In this document: piece by piece, positions 10,481 through 20,763 of the stretch
How positions within the stretch are numbered: the first letter of the stretch is position 1
Layout: every line of letters begins with the position of its first letter
Notes under the pieces: model-generated
What the model saw: only the letters and a program-made list of their open reading frames with translations
Databases searched by the model: none
Told to the model about the DNA's origin: nothing
Made by a program: the position numbers and the translations under genes
Source: Candidatus Saccharimonadota bacterium
GTDB taxonomy: Bacteria; Bacillota_I; Bacilli_A; Mycoplasmatales; Hepatoplasmataceae
NCBI GenBank assembly: GCA_027925225.1
Contig: AP027131.1
Location: 300,001-332,000, forward strand
Direction: 5' to 3'
DNA: 32,000 bases

Positions 10481-12247
10481 TTATTTATTCACCTTACTTG
10501 TTAATCATTTCAAATCATCATAATTAAAATCATCTTCATTACGAATTTGCTCTCTTAATTTTAGATTGTTATATTCTTTGACTAAAAAATTTATTTTATC
10601 TTTCCTATTGTTTAACTCTTCTTTCATATATTCATCATTTTTATTTGCATTTTTATTGATTTTAACATCTATAATTTCCTCATAAAGCAATAATTCTTTT
10701 TCAGTAAAATTTTCTTTTAGTCTATTAAAATCCAAATTTTCATTATTAAATTTTAGGATATCAATAATTTTATTATATAACCTTGTTATTTTTTTTGTAA
10801 AGAAGATATTATTTTCTTTTAGTAGATCTTTTTTTTCTAAGATTAAAGCAAAGACAAAAATCTCTTGCTCCATTATTCTATATGATATTTGCTCGATTTT
10901 GAAATAATTATTGTTTTTTATATTTACATTTTTATTTGATTTAACATTTTTGTGATTTATAATATTTTCTTTATTTTCATCTACAAGTATTTTCACATAA
11001 TCAAATATTGTCTGTTGTTTAATAAAATTAAGATATTTTTCTCTATTAATCCCATCTTTTTCTAATTTAATAATTTTAAATAAATTTAAAATATCTTCCT
11101 TTTTTGTATTTTTTTTCGAAAGTGTTTTATTAATAAGAAATTCAATAAAATCTATTGGATTTTCTATTTCTTTTTTTATATTTTCTTTATTTTCTAAATT
11201 TAAAAATTCATCAAAATCTTTCCCTTTTTTTATTTGAATTATTTTTACAATAAAACCTTCATTTATTAATTGTTTTCCTACTTTTTCTGTTGTGTTTATC
11301 CCGGGTTCATCAACATCAAAACAGAGATTAATTTCTTTTGCTAAACTTTTTAAATATTCAAGATGATATTTAGAAAAATTAGTTCCCATTGTTGCTATTA
11401 CATTTTCATATTCTAATTTATCAAATGCAATAGCATCCATAAATCCTTCTACAATAATAGCTTTTCTTTTTAATTTAATTTTGTTTTCAGCATTATTTAC
11501 ATTGTAAAGTGTTTTTTGTTTATTAAAAACTTTTGTTTCTTCTGAATTTAAATATTTTGAATATGTATTTTCCTTTCCTATTATTCTTCCTGAAAAGGCT
11601 ATTATTTCATTGTTTATGTTAAAAATGGGAAAAATAATTCTGTCTTTAAAAAAATCATATACTTTTGTTTCTGATGTTCTTACTAATTTAGATTTAATAA
11701 TTTCCTCTTCTTTAAAACCTTTTTTAAGTAAAAAATTAAAAAGAGAATTATTTCCTTCTGTAAAACCAATTTTAAATTTTGTAATTATTTTTTCATTAAT
11801 TTTTCTTTTGTTTAAATATTCTTTTATTTCATTCTTATTTTTTTCATTTAACTTGTTTTCTAAATTAAATTTAAAAAAATTGCTTGCTTCTAAATTTATT
11901 TTTTTTAATAATTCTTTTTCGGGATCAATAAAAACTTTTCTTTCATTTATGTATATTTTTCAATCGATTCCTGATAATGTTGATATTTTTTTAATTGAAT
12001 CTATAAAACTTAAATTTTCATAATTTTGTACAAATTTTATAGTTCCTCCACCTGCATTACATGAAAAACATTTAAAAATTTTTTTATTAGGAGAAACAAT
12101 AAGTGATGGATTTGAATCACTATGAAATGGACAAAGTCCAACATAATTGTTTCCTTTTTTTTCTAAATGAATATAGCTTGAAATTATATTTTCAATCTTA
12201 ACTTTGTTATCGATTAAGTCTATTAATTCACTTAAATTATTTTGCAT
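10481..12247 (-). CDS. dnaG: DNA primase, 588 aa
   Basis: Zn-finger CPFHSDSNPSLIVSPNKKIFKCFSC and TOPRIM EGFMDAIA are present. I translated 11441-11959 and found it open, with TGA only. The TGA at 10505 is read through to TAA 10481-10483. Confidence 0.9.
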
Positions 12248-13847
12248 TTTGCTTAATGTATTTTCTTAAATCTCCAAATTTTATTCTTTCCTGCTTTTTA
12301 TTGTCTCAATGTCTAATTGTAAAGGTTTTATCATCTTTATATTGTTTATCTATCGTAATAACAAAAGGTGTACCAATTGCATCTTGTCTAAAATATCTTT
12401 TCCCAATGCTTCCACTTGTTTGAAAAATTATTGCACCAAAATCTCTTTTTGCTATCTTATTAAATATTGCTTTTGCATCTTTTTCTTCATTTTTTGTAAG
12501 TGGACATATTGCAATTTTATATGGAGCAAGAGAAAAAGGAAAATAAATTTTGTTTTTATCTTTATTATAATTCTCTATTAAAATTGCAAAAAGTAAACGT
12601 TCAACCCCCATAGATGTTTCAATAATATTTGGAATTATTCTTTTATTTTCTTCGGTACAATGAAAATTTGTTTTTGAAAAATGTTCATGATTTTTTAAAT
12701 CAAAATCGCCTCGATCTGCAATTCCTAAAATTTCTCCAAAACCAAAAGGGAAATTATAATTTATATCAACCGTTTTTTTTGAATAATGTGCAAGATCAGA
12801 TTTTTTTACATTTTCATATTTAAGATTTTCTTCATTTAATTTAAGTTCTTTTGTTAAAAAAAGCTTTACTTTTTTTAGTGTTTTATTGAATTCTTTTGTA
12901 TTTGTTTTTGGTAAAATAAATGATTCCAGCTCTAATTGCTCAAACTCTCTTGTTTTAAAGATAAAATTCCCAGGAGTTACTTCATTTCTAAAAGATTTAC
13001 CAATTTGGCCAATTGAAAAAGGAAGTTTTAAATGTAAAGTGTCTTTTAAGTTTTTAAAATTTATAAATATTCCTTGTGCTGTCTCTGGTCTTAAATAAAG
13101 TTCTTTATTTCTTTCTGTTTTTGAATTAATTATTTTAAACATTAAGTTAAATATTTTTATTTCACTTCATCTAGTTTCAGATTTATATTTTATTTTTTCC
13201 ATAGCTTCAGACTCAATTTGAAATATTTCTTCTGCGCTTATATTAAATATTTGGCTAATTTCTTCTGAAGAATATTTTTTACCAATTTTATTAGAATTTT
13301 CTTCAATTCCGTTTATAAGTCTTATAATAGATTCTTCTCTTTTATTTAAATATTTTGGTAAAAATTCATTTATTTTAGAAATAATTTTTTTATTTTTATC
13401 ATTTTCTTTATTTGAAGTGTTTTTATTTTTTTCTAAAAAATCATAAATAAATGATTCTGGTAATTTTATTTCTTTTTTTATTAGTTCTTCTATTTCTTTT
13501 AAAGAGAGATCGCTTATATTTTTTTTTAGATATTCTTTTAATAATTTTTCAACATTATATCTAACATTATCATTTAAGCGTTCAATCATATAATCATTAA
13601 ATTTATTTAAATGTCCAGAAGCCTCTCATACTTTATTATTCAATATAATAGATGAATCAAATAAAAATGATTTTTCATTATTGATTACAAAATAATTTTT
13701 TCAAAGAGATTTTAAATTATCTTTAAGCAATGTTCCAATTGGTCCATAGTCGAAAGAATTAGCAAGTCCACCATAAATTTCTGAACTTGGATAAATAAAT
13801 CCATTTTCTTTTAAATGAGAAATTAATAATTGTATTTCTTTTTGCAT
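12237..13847 (-). CDS. glyQS: Glycyl-tRNA synthetase (class II, alpha2 type), 536 aa, with a sigma-derived insert
   Basis: The N-terminus was translated from 13847: MQKEIQLLISHLKENGFIYPSSEIYGGLANSFDYGPIG...VWEASGHLNKFNDYMIE. The core is FNLMFK...YLRPETAQGIFINFKN...GQIGKSFRNEVTPGNFIFKTREFEQLE...GSIGKRYFRQDAIGTPF. Track ORFs 13167-13589 and 12306-13142 are in the same frame. The TGA at 12306 is read through to TAA 12237-12239, overlapping the dnaG start by 11 nt. Confidence 0.9.
13194..13459 (-). repeat. ~265-bp segment homologous to rpoD 9205-9468 (sigma regions 3.2-4.2), embedded in frame inside glyS
   Basis: Direct nucleotide alignment shows long identical runs, for example tcttttatttaaatattttggtaaaa and ttcatttattttagaaataattt. 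The peptide is [22 protein letters not shown]...EEISQIFNISAEEIFQIESEAMEKIK, against Rpo[23 protein letters not shown]...[26 protein letters not shown]. Confidence 0.85.
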
Positions 13848-13897
13848 ATCTACTTTATTTTAATACTTAAGAAGATTAAAATGAATAATAATGTTTT

Positions 13898-16312
13898 TTA
13901 ATTTAATTTATAATTATTTATCCTAAAATTTAAAAATTTTTTTCTTTCATTATTTAAAACATTGTCATAAATTAAATCTATTTTTTTATTTTTTACAAGC
14001 TCATCAAATTCTTCTTGTAATAATGAAATATTTATTATATCTCCATTTTCATTAATAGCTATTTTGCCTTTATCTCATAGAGAGTGAACATTGCAATCTA
14101 ATAATAAGTAATTATTATTAGAAAAAAAATAATTTAAATTTTCATCTAAATATTTTTCATCAGTGTTCATTAAAATTTTTAAAAATTCTTTATTTTCAAT
14201 AATATGAGCTCTTTCAAAATTAGAAAAACTATTAACAAAATCTTTTGTATATTTTTTATTTTTTCTATCATTCTCTATTATTTTTGATCATATATATCTT
14301 AAATCAGTTTTATTAATTTTTTCTTTTTCTGTTTTTATTTTTTTAATAATTTTTTCTTTTTCATTAAAAATGAATTTATCAGGTACTATTAATAAATCTA
14401 AAAATTTGTTATTTTTAAAAATTTCATAATTTTGTGATGCAAATGCATTTTTTATTTCTCTTCATTCTTTCTCTTCTTTTTTATTGATTTTATATTTTTT
14501 TTTAATTTTCATTTTATTTTCTTTTAATAAACATAAAATATTTTCCTCTTTTATGTCATTTATTAAATTTGTATTAAAAATATTATTATTATTTTTATTT
14601 TTTGAATTTGAAATTAATGAAAAAAATTTAAATTCATAATTATTATTTATTCCATCTTGTTCATAAATTTTTTGTAATTCCTTAATTTCAATGCTATTCA
14701 AAATTAATCTTATTGGATCACTGTTTGGATTTGATAATCCGCCAGAAGAATGTGATCCAGTTATAAATGCATCAACATCTTTTATTGTCAATTTAAAATC
14801 AATAATATTTTTATTTAACTCCTCTATATTTCCCTTAAATTTAACTTCTTCTTTTTTCATATTTTTATTATTTGTTTTATCAAAGTTTTTATTTCTATAT
14901 TTTAATAATTTTAAATATTTTGGTTTTTTTAAAAAAAAATGTTCACCATATCTATTAGAAGAAGAACCTATTATTTGTTTTTCATCATTTAAAAGCATAG
15001 TATTAAAAACCAAACTGTGATCACTTTTTTTAAATATCATTATTCCTTTACCTGAATAAAAATATTTTGATTTTTCTTTGCTTTTTAAATTAACAATAAT
15101 TTTAAAATATTCTTCCTTTTTCATTTTATTTTCCCTTTTATTTTTGAAAGCACATCTAAAAATTTCTTCTAACACTGGTACAACAATTGAATTTCCGGCT
15201 TGTTTTCTTAAAAAATTTTCTGAAATTAAATTTTCATTGTTTATTTTATCAAAATCTTGTTTTTTAAATCCCATTATTTTTCATAATTCAGAAGCACTTA
15301 AAATTCTTATTACATTTAATTTTTTATCAAAAATTTTTATTCTATTTAATGCGCCAGTTGCAGTTATTGTTGGAGATATAGATTTGCTGGCATTAAAAAC
15401 CATATTCTCAGATTGAAAATTTGAATAATTTTTTAAAATTATTTTTTGTATTCCGTTAAAATGATTTTTAAAAGAATTTTCATCTATTTTTTCATTTATT
15501 TTAATTTCTTTTTTATAATTATTAGTATCTTTTTTATCAAAAAAATTGCTAATTCTTAATTTTGTTAAATTAATTTCTTTTGGAAAAATAAATTTATTTT
15601 GTTCAAATTCAGAAAACATAAAAGCTCTTTCTCTATTTTGAGGTATATTAAAATATTTGGCATTTAATGTAAACTTATGATTAACATATCCTAATTTTTC
15701 TAAAAATAATTCTCATTTTTTAAAATTTTTTTTATTTTTTTCAGAGAATATTGCTTTTACATTTTCCATCAATAAAAATTTAGGTAATTTATTTAATTTA
15801 TTTAATTCATCTAAAATTCTTTTAACTTCTCATAATAGAGAAGAACTACTCCCATAAACTAATCCTTTTTGCAATCCTTGTAAAGATAAATCTTGACAAG
15901 GAAAAGAATAAGTCATTAAATCATGTTTGGGAATATTTTCTCCTTTTAAATCTTTTATACTTCCAATATTATTTGTTATATTTAATGATTTTTCTAATAG
16001 TCATAAAAATTTTATTGATAATGATCTTAAATTGGTATATTTGTTTTTTCCATCTTTTGATAAATTATAATTTTCAAGTTTTTTTAATATTTCTTTTTTT
16101 AATATTTCCTTTTCTGTATTTGAAGCTGAATTTAAAATTTTGTCAATTTTTTTTCTTTCATTTTTAATTATTATATTTTCATGAACAAACGCATAAGAAA
16201 TAACAGAATAAATATCTCAATCACAACATAAAACAACTTCAAATTTTAATCCTATATTTTTAAATGCTTTAGCTTGTGCTCCAATACCAGAGAATAATTC
16301 AACTATTTTCAT
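13898..16312 (-). CDS. C5-cytosine DNA methyltransferase fused in one ORF to a C-terminal HNH-type nuclease domain (804 aa)
   Basis: I translated the whole ORF 16312 to 13898 and found only TGA inside. MTase motifs: I ELFSGIGA, IV SFPCQDLS, VI ENV, VIII QNRER, X QAGNSIVVPV. There is no stop after motif X. An unassigned region of about 210 aa follows, then ERAHIIENKEF...NNNYLLLDCNVHSLWDKGKIAINENG, which fits the AHI...N..L....H..fD.G.i pattern of HNH_2-type restriction nucleases. Confidence 0.8.
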
Positions 16313-16645
16313 TTATAAAATAATACCATTTAATATGCTACAATAAGGCATTGAAACACAAAACAATATCTAATTTTTTTTGTGCTTAAAAATAATCTTG
16401 TTATCCTACTATGATTAAAAAAATTGATTTTTAATTATCATATATTAAAAGAAAATTTCTTTCTTTAAAAATTATCTCTCTCAATAATTATTTTTTTTCT
16501 TAAATTAAATTAAGTATCTTTTTCTAATATTTTATTATTTTTTATATTTTTATTTATTTTTAATAATTTGTTATTTATTCTTAAACTTTTATTTGTAACA
16601 CTACTATAATTTTTAATCTTGATTTTTAACATTAATAATAAAAAA

Positions 16646-17000
16646 ATGACTATTCAATAATTTTTTTAATAATTTTCTGATATTATATCTAACATTATCA
16701 TTTAAATGCTCAATTATATAATCATTAAATTTATTTAAATATTCCAAAGTATCTCATAATTTATATATTTAATATAATATATAAATCAAATAAAAATTAT
16801 TTTTTCATCATTTATTACAAAATTATTTTTTTTAAATAAATTTTAAATTATTTTTAAGTATTATTATTATTTTACAATAGTAAAAAGAATTAGTTATATC
16901 ACTACAAATTTTTGAATTTTGATAAATAAATTCACTTTTTTTAAATAAGAAATTAATAATTTTATTTCTTTTTACATATCTATTTTATTTTAATGTTTGA
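16646..17000 (-). pseudogene. Decayed copy (relic 2) of the glyS 5' end and its upstream region
   Basis: Aligns by eye to 13540-13870, with shared strings such as atatctaacattatcatttaa..caat.atataatcattaaatttatttaaat and gaaattaataatt.tatttcttttt.catatcta. The ATG is retained at 16975-16977, but codon 2 is CAA>TAA and there are many further lesions. Confidence 0.75.
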
Positions 17001-17151
17001 AAAAATAAATTAATATAAAATATTTTAGGTTCTAAATAAAATTGCTAATTAATATAATTTTTTAATATTTTTTTTATTTTTAAAATTGTTTTGTTAAGTT
17101 ATATACAAAAAATATTCCATACTTACAATATATATTGTATATTTAATTTAT

Positions 17152-17571
17152 ATGAAATATGTTATTTTGATTGCAAATAGTGAAAAATATGATCATTACA
17201 AATGATTAAGAAAAGAAAAAAAGATAATATGATCTTTTTCAAAATATTTTCATATTCAAAATGATGATATAGTATTGTTATATTCTACTAAAAACAAAGA
17301 AATAAAATTTTTGTTAAATTCTGAATTAATTTTAAAAAATTCAAATAAAAATGAAATTTTAGAAAAAATGGGAGAAAAAGAATTATCAAAATATAAAAAT
17401 AAAAATTTTGAAAATAAAACTTCTTTATTTAATATGAAATTAATTAAAGAATTAGATTTACCTATAAAATTGAATGAAATAAGAAATAAAAAAATACCAG
17501 AGGTTCTATTCTATATTGAAGAAGAAAGAGATTCAGATTTATTTAAAAAAATTACAGATTTAATTTTATAA
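17152..17571 (+). CDS. Hypothetical 139-aa protein, possibly PUA/EVE-like
   Basis: ATG 17152 is in frame with track ORF 17275-17571 through two TGA codons. The N-terminus MKYVILIANSEKYDHYKWLRKEKKIIWSFSKYFHIQNDDIVLLYST loosely fits the EVE pattern (Y.l....p.kY..W...W......i..gD.vl.Y.s). The assignment is weak. Confidence 0.4.
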
Positions 17572-17725
17572 AAATTAAAAAGATTTTTAGACAAAAAAAT
17601 ATATTAAAAATATAAATATAATTCCTTTTAGAGATATAAAAAATAGGAAAATAAATAAATAAAAATTTATACATCATATTTAATAGTTGCTCTAACACCA
17701 TTAATTGTTAAAATTAATATATCTA

Positions 17726-19532
17726 ATGAAAAAAGAAAATATCAGAAACTTTTCAATTATTGCTCATATTGATCATGGTAAATCTACGCTTGCAGATCGT
17801 ATATTAGAATATACTGGTTCTATTTCAAAAAGAGAAATGAAGGCACAAATCTTAGATACTATGGATCTTGAGAGAGAACGTGGTATTACTATAAAATTAA
17901 ATGCTGTTCAAATTTCTTATAAATATAATAATGAAGAATATATTTTAAATTTAATTGATACTCCTGGACATGTTGATTTTACATATGAAGTATCCCGCTC
18001 ATTAGCTGCAAGCGATGGAGTATTACTCTTAGTAGATGCAACACAAGGCGTTCAACCACAAACAATAGCAAATATGTATCTTGCGCTTGAAAATAATCTT
18101 GTTATCTTACCTGTAATTAATAAAATTGATTCTGAATTAGCAGATATTAAAAAAGCAGAAAAAGAAATAAAAGAAATTTTAGGTCTTGAAATAAATGACA
18201 TAGTCTATATTTCTGCTAAAACTGGGAAAAATATTGACAAAGTATTAAAGCTTATAATTGAAAAAATTCCTGCTCCTCAAGATGCAGATGACAAAAAACC
18301 TCTTAAAGCACTTGTATTTGATTCTTATTTTGATTCTTTTAGAGGAATTATTGTATTTATAAGATTATTGCAAGGAAGAATAAAAAAAGGAGATAAATTA
18401 AAATTTTTACAAAATAAGCATCAATTTGAAGTTATTTCAGTAGGTGTAAATACACCTTTTGAAACAGAAAAAGATCATCTTGAAGCAGGGGAAACGGGCT
18501 GAATAGTAACTAATGAAAAAGATATTCATTCTTTTCATGTGGGAGATACTTTAACTTATGAAAATGAAAATAGTATAACTCCTATACAAGGATATAAATC
18601 ATCAAAACCTATGGTTTTTTCTGGTTTTTATCCAATAGATACAAATAAATATTTACTATTAGAAGAAGCATTGGGAAAAATTTCTCTTTCAGATTCTTCA
18701 CTTACTTATGAAAAAGAAAGTTCTAAAGCATTAGGATTTGGCTTCAGAATTGGCTTTTTAGGATTATTGCATCTTGAAATTATTCAAGAAAGAATTGAAA
18801 GAGAATTTAAAATAGATATTATTTCTACTGCACCTTCTGTTATTTATAATGTTTATTTAAAAGATAAAAAAGAACCATTAGTAATTAGAAATCCTTCAGA
18901 TTTTCCTGATAAAGTAAATATAAATTATGTAAAAGAACCTTATGTTAAACTATCTCTTTTTTCCCCACAAGTTTATGTGGGGAAATTAATGGAATATATT
19001 CATAGAAAAAGAGGTAATTATATTGATTTAGAGATATTTTCTGAAAAAATGAATGCTTTAATTTATGAAATTCCACTTGCTGAAATTGTATTTGGTTTTT
19101 TTGATTCTATTAAATCTATATCAAAAGGTTATGCTTCTTTTGATTATCAAGAAATAGGATATAAAAAATCAAATTTAGCAAAACTTTGAAGTTTTAATAG
19201 CAGGAGAAAAAATAGATGCTCTTTCTTTAATTGTAGAAAAAGATAATGCTTATTATATTGGAAGAGATCTTACTCAAAAATTAAAAGAAACACTTGTAAG
19301 ACAGAATTTTGAGGTTGCAATTCAAGCAAGCTTAAATGGAAAAATTATTGCAAGAGAAACATTAAAAGCATATAGAAAAGATGTAACTGGTTATCTTTAT
19401 GGTGGAGATGTTTCAAGAAAGAAAAAGCTTTTAGAAAAACAGAAAAAAGGGAAAAATAAAATGAAGCAAATTGGTAAAATATCTATTCCTCAAGAAGCTT
19501 TTATTTCTATTTTAAAAAATAATAATAAATAA
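17726..19532 (+). pseudogene. lepA: lepA (EF4) copy 1, conserved motifs intact but frameshifted by one extra T at 19185-19187
   Basis: G-domain motifs [22 protein letters not shown] and NKID are present. The length is 1807 nt, one more than copy 2. Here the sequence is aaactttgaag, against aaacttgaag in copy 2. The original frame ends at TAA 19244-19246, and the last ~114 codons ([12 protein letters not shown]...[14 protein letters not shown]) lie in the +1 frame. Confidence 0.7.
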
Positions 19533-19566
19533 AAAAAATACACATTTAAAAATGTGTATTTTTTAA
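19533..19566. terminator. Bidirectional rho-independent terminator between convergent lepA-1 and the fibre-gene relic
   Basis: A perfect 11-bp palindromic stem (aatacacattt / aaatgtgtatt, 19537-19560) is flanked by an A-run on the left and a T-run on the right. Confidence 0.75.
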
Positions 19567-19584
19567 AATAGTATTATTTTATAT

Positions 19585-20343
19585 TTATGCTGTTCTTTTG
19601 AAAACTCTCATTCCTGTTCCAACTCCTAAATCATAAGCTTTATTTTTATCTTTGCTACCAGTTAATGAAGTTCATGCTGTTTGACAATTATCAGCACTTT
19701 CACTAGGAACTGTATTTCCTATTATTTTTGAATTTCCTCCTTGATCATATGTATTAAATTTATTTATACTATTACCAAATCCTGTTACTACATCTGCAGC
19801 AAAATTTGTTATTCTTGCTGATCATTGGTGATTATGAGAAATTATATTTCCATTATTTGAACTGCATCCAATTATAGCTTGCCCTTCTGATAATATTCCT
19901 AAACTTTCTCAAAATCCATATCTTGGTGGCATTAGAGAAATAATAATTGATCCAATTGGTAATTTTAAATTTTCCATTTGATTTTTTAATTCTAAAATTT
20001 CATTTTGATTATTAATAATTTGATTTAATGATTGATTTATACCTTCTGTTGGATTCATAGTACTATCATCTGCCAATTCTGAAGATAAAGAAATTCCTTC
20101 TTCAAATTCTGGTCATTGATTAATTGTTTCTCCATTTAAAGTAAGTTGAGGATAGTTATATATACCATTTTCTATTTCAATTAAATCTGCACTATTTTGA
20201 TTAACAATTTTATTTGTTTCATTTAAATTTGCTTGATCTGCTTTTAATGAAATATCTCCTGTATTTTTATCAATTTGTGTTTTTCAAGGATTTATTCCAA
20301 AAGTTGGATTTGAAGTACTATTATTTGCTAATTTTAAAGTCTT
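19585..20343 (-). pseudogene. 5'-truncated fibre-family paralog (A'), 252 codons: one GINPW repeat, coiled coil and C-terminal domain
   Basis: The frame is open from 20343 to TAA 19585-19587 and is preceded by an in-frame TAA at 20344-20346. There is no plausible start or N-terminal part. It abuts glyS relic 3. The sequence is collinear with the 3' third of gene 25768-27813. Confidence 0.7.
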
Positions 20344-20354
20344 TTATTAATAAT

Positions 20355-20760
20355 GTGAAAATGATTATTCAATTATTTTTTAATAATTTTTTAACATTAT
20401 ATCTAATATTTAAATATCCAGAAGCCTCTCATACTTTATTATTTAATATAATAGATGAATCAAATAAAAATGATTTTTCATTATTGATTACAAAATAATT
20501 TTTTCAAAGAGATTTTAAATTATCTTTAAGAAACGGTTCAGTTAGACCATAGTAAAAAAAAAAAATTAGTAAGACCACCATAAATTTCTTAGCTTGAATA
20601 AATAAATTCATTTTTATTTTAAATAAAAAAATAATAATTGTATTTCTTTTTGAATATCTGCTTTATTTTAATAATCAAGAAAATTAAAATGAATAACAAT
20701 TTTTTTTAATTTAAATATAATTTTTTTTCATTATTTAAAGAATTATTATAAATAATGAAA
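20355..20760 (-). pseudogene. Decayed copy (relic 3) of the glyS 5' end, followed by a ~60-bp relic of the 3' end of the C5-MTase/HNH gene
   Basis: Long stretches are identical to 13600-13760, for example ccagaagcctctcatactttattatt.aatataatagatgaatcaaataaaaatgatttttcattattgattacaaaataattttttcaaagagattttaaattatctttaag. The start codon is destroyed (cat>aat at 20653-20655) and there is a ~42-bp deletion. The match continues through attaaaatgaataa.aat...ttttttc..cattatttaaa (13880-13960). Confidence 0.8.
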
Positions 20761-20763
20761 TAT

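Noticed and set aside
13167-13589. Track ORF that looks like a stand-alone small sigma-factor-like gene (region 4 homology).
   Set aside because: It is in the same frame as the GlyRS N-terminus upstream (13590-13847) and the GlyRS core downstream (12306-13142). It is separated from the core only by one TGA (Trp) eight codons before FNLMFK. It is therefore an internal segment of glyS, not a separate gene.
16313-16645. Long non-coding gap inspected for a tRNA, small RNA or mobile-element end.
   Set aside because: No cloverleaf-compatible arms or conserved RNA motifs were seen. The sequence is better explained as decayed traces of the lepA start, the post-lepA spacer and a fibre repeat, left by a deletion inside duplication unit 1.
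18500-18541. Apparent splits of lepA (both copies), rpoD, dnaG, glyS, the helicase, the R-M genes and others into 2-4 ORFs, suggesting widespread pseudogenisation.
   Set aside because: All these breaks are in-frame TGA codons, several at conserved Trp positions, so they are an artefact of standard-code ORF calling. Only the lesions at 19185-19187 (an extra T) and 25336-25338 (TAA) are real disruptions.
19184-19190. The copy-1 lepA lesion creates CUU UGA A, the same slippery heptad core used for programmed +1 frameshifting in prfB, and a +1 slip would restore full-length EF4.
   Set aside because: UGA is a sense codon here, so there is no release-factor competition or pause. There is no Shine-Dalgarno-like stimulator 3 nt upstream (the context is aaatttagcaaaa). 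Expanding TT to TTT in cttgaa produces the motif trivially. A run-length indel or sequencing error is far more likely.
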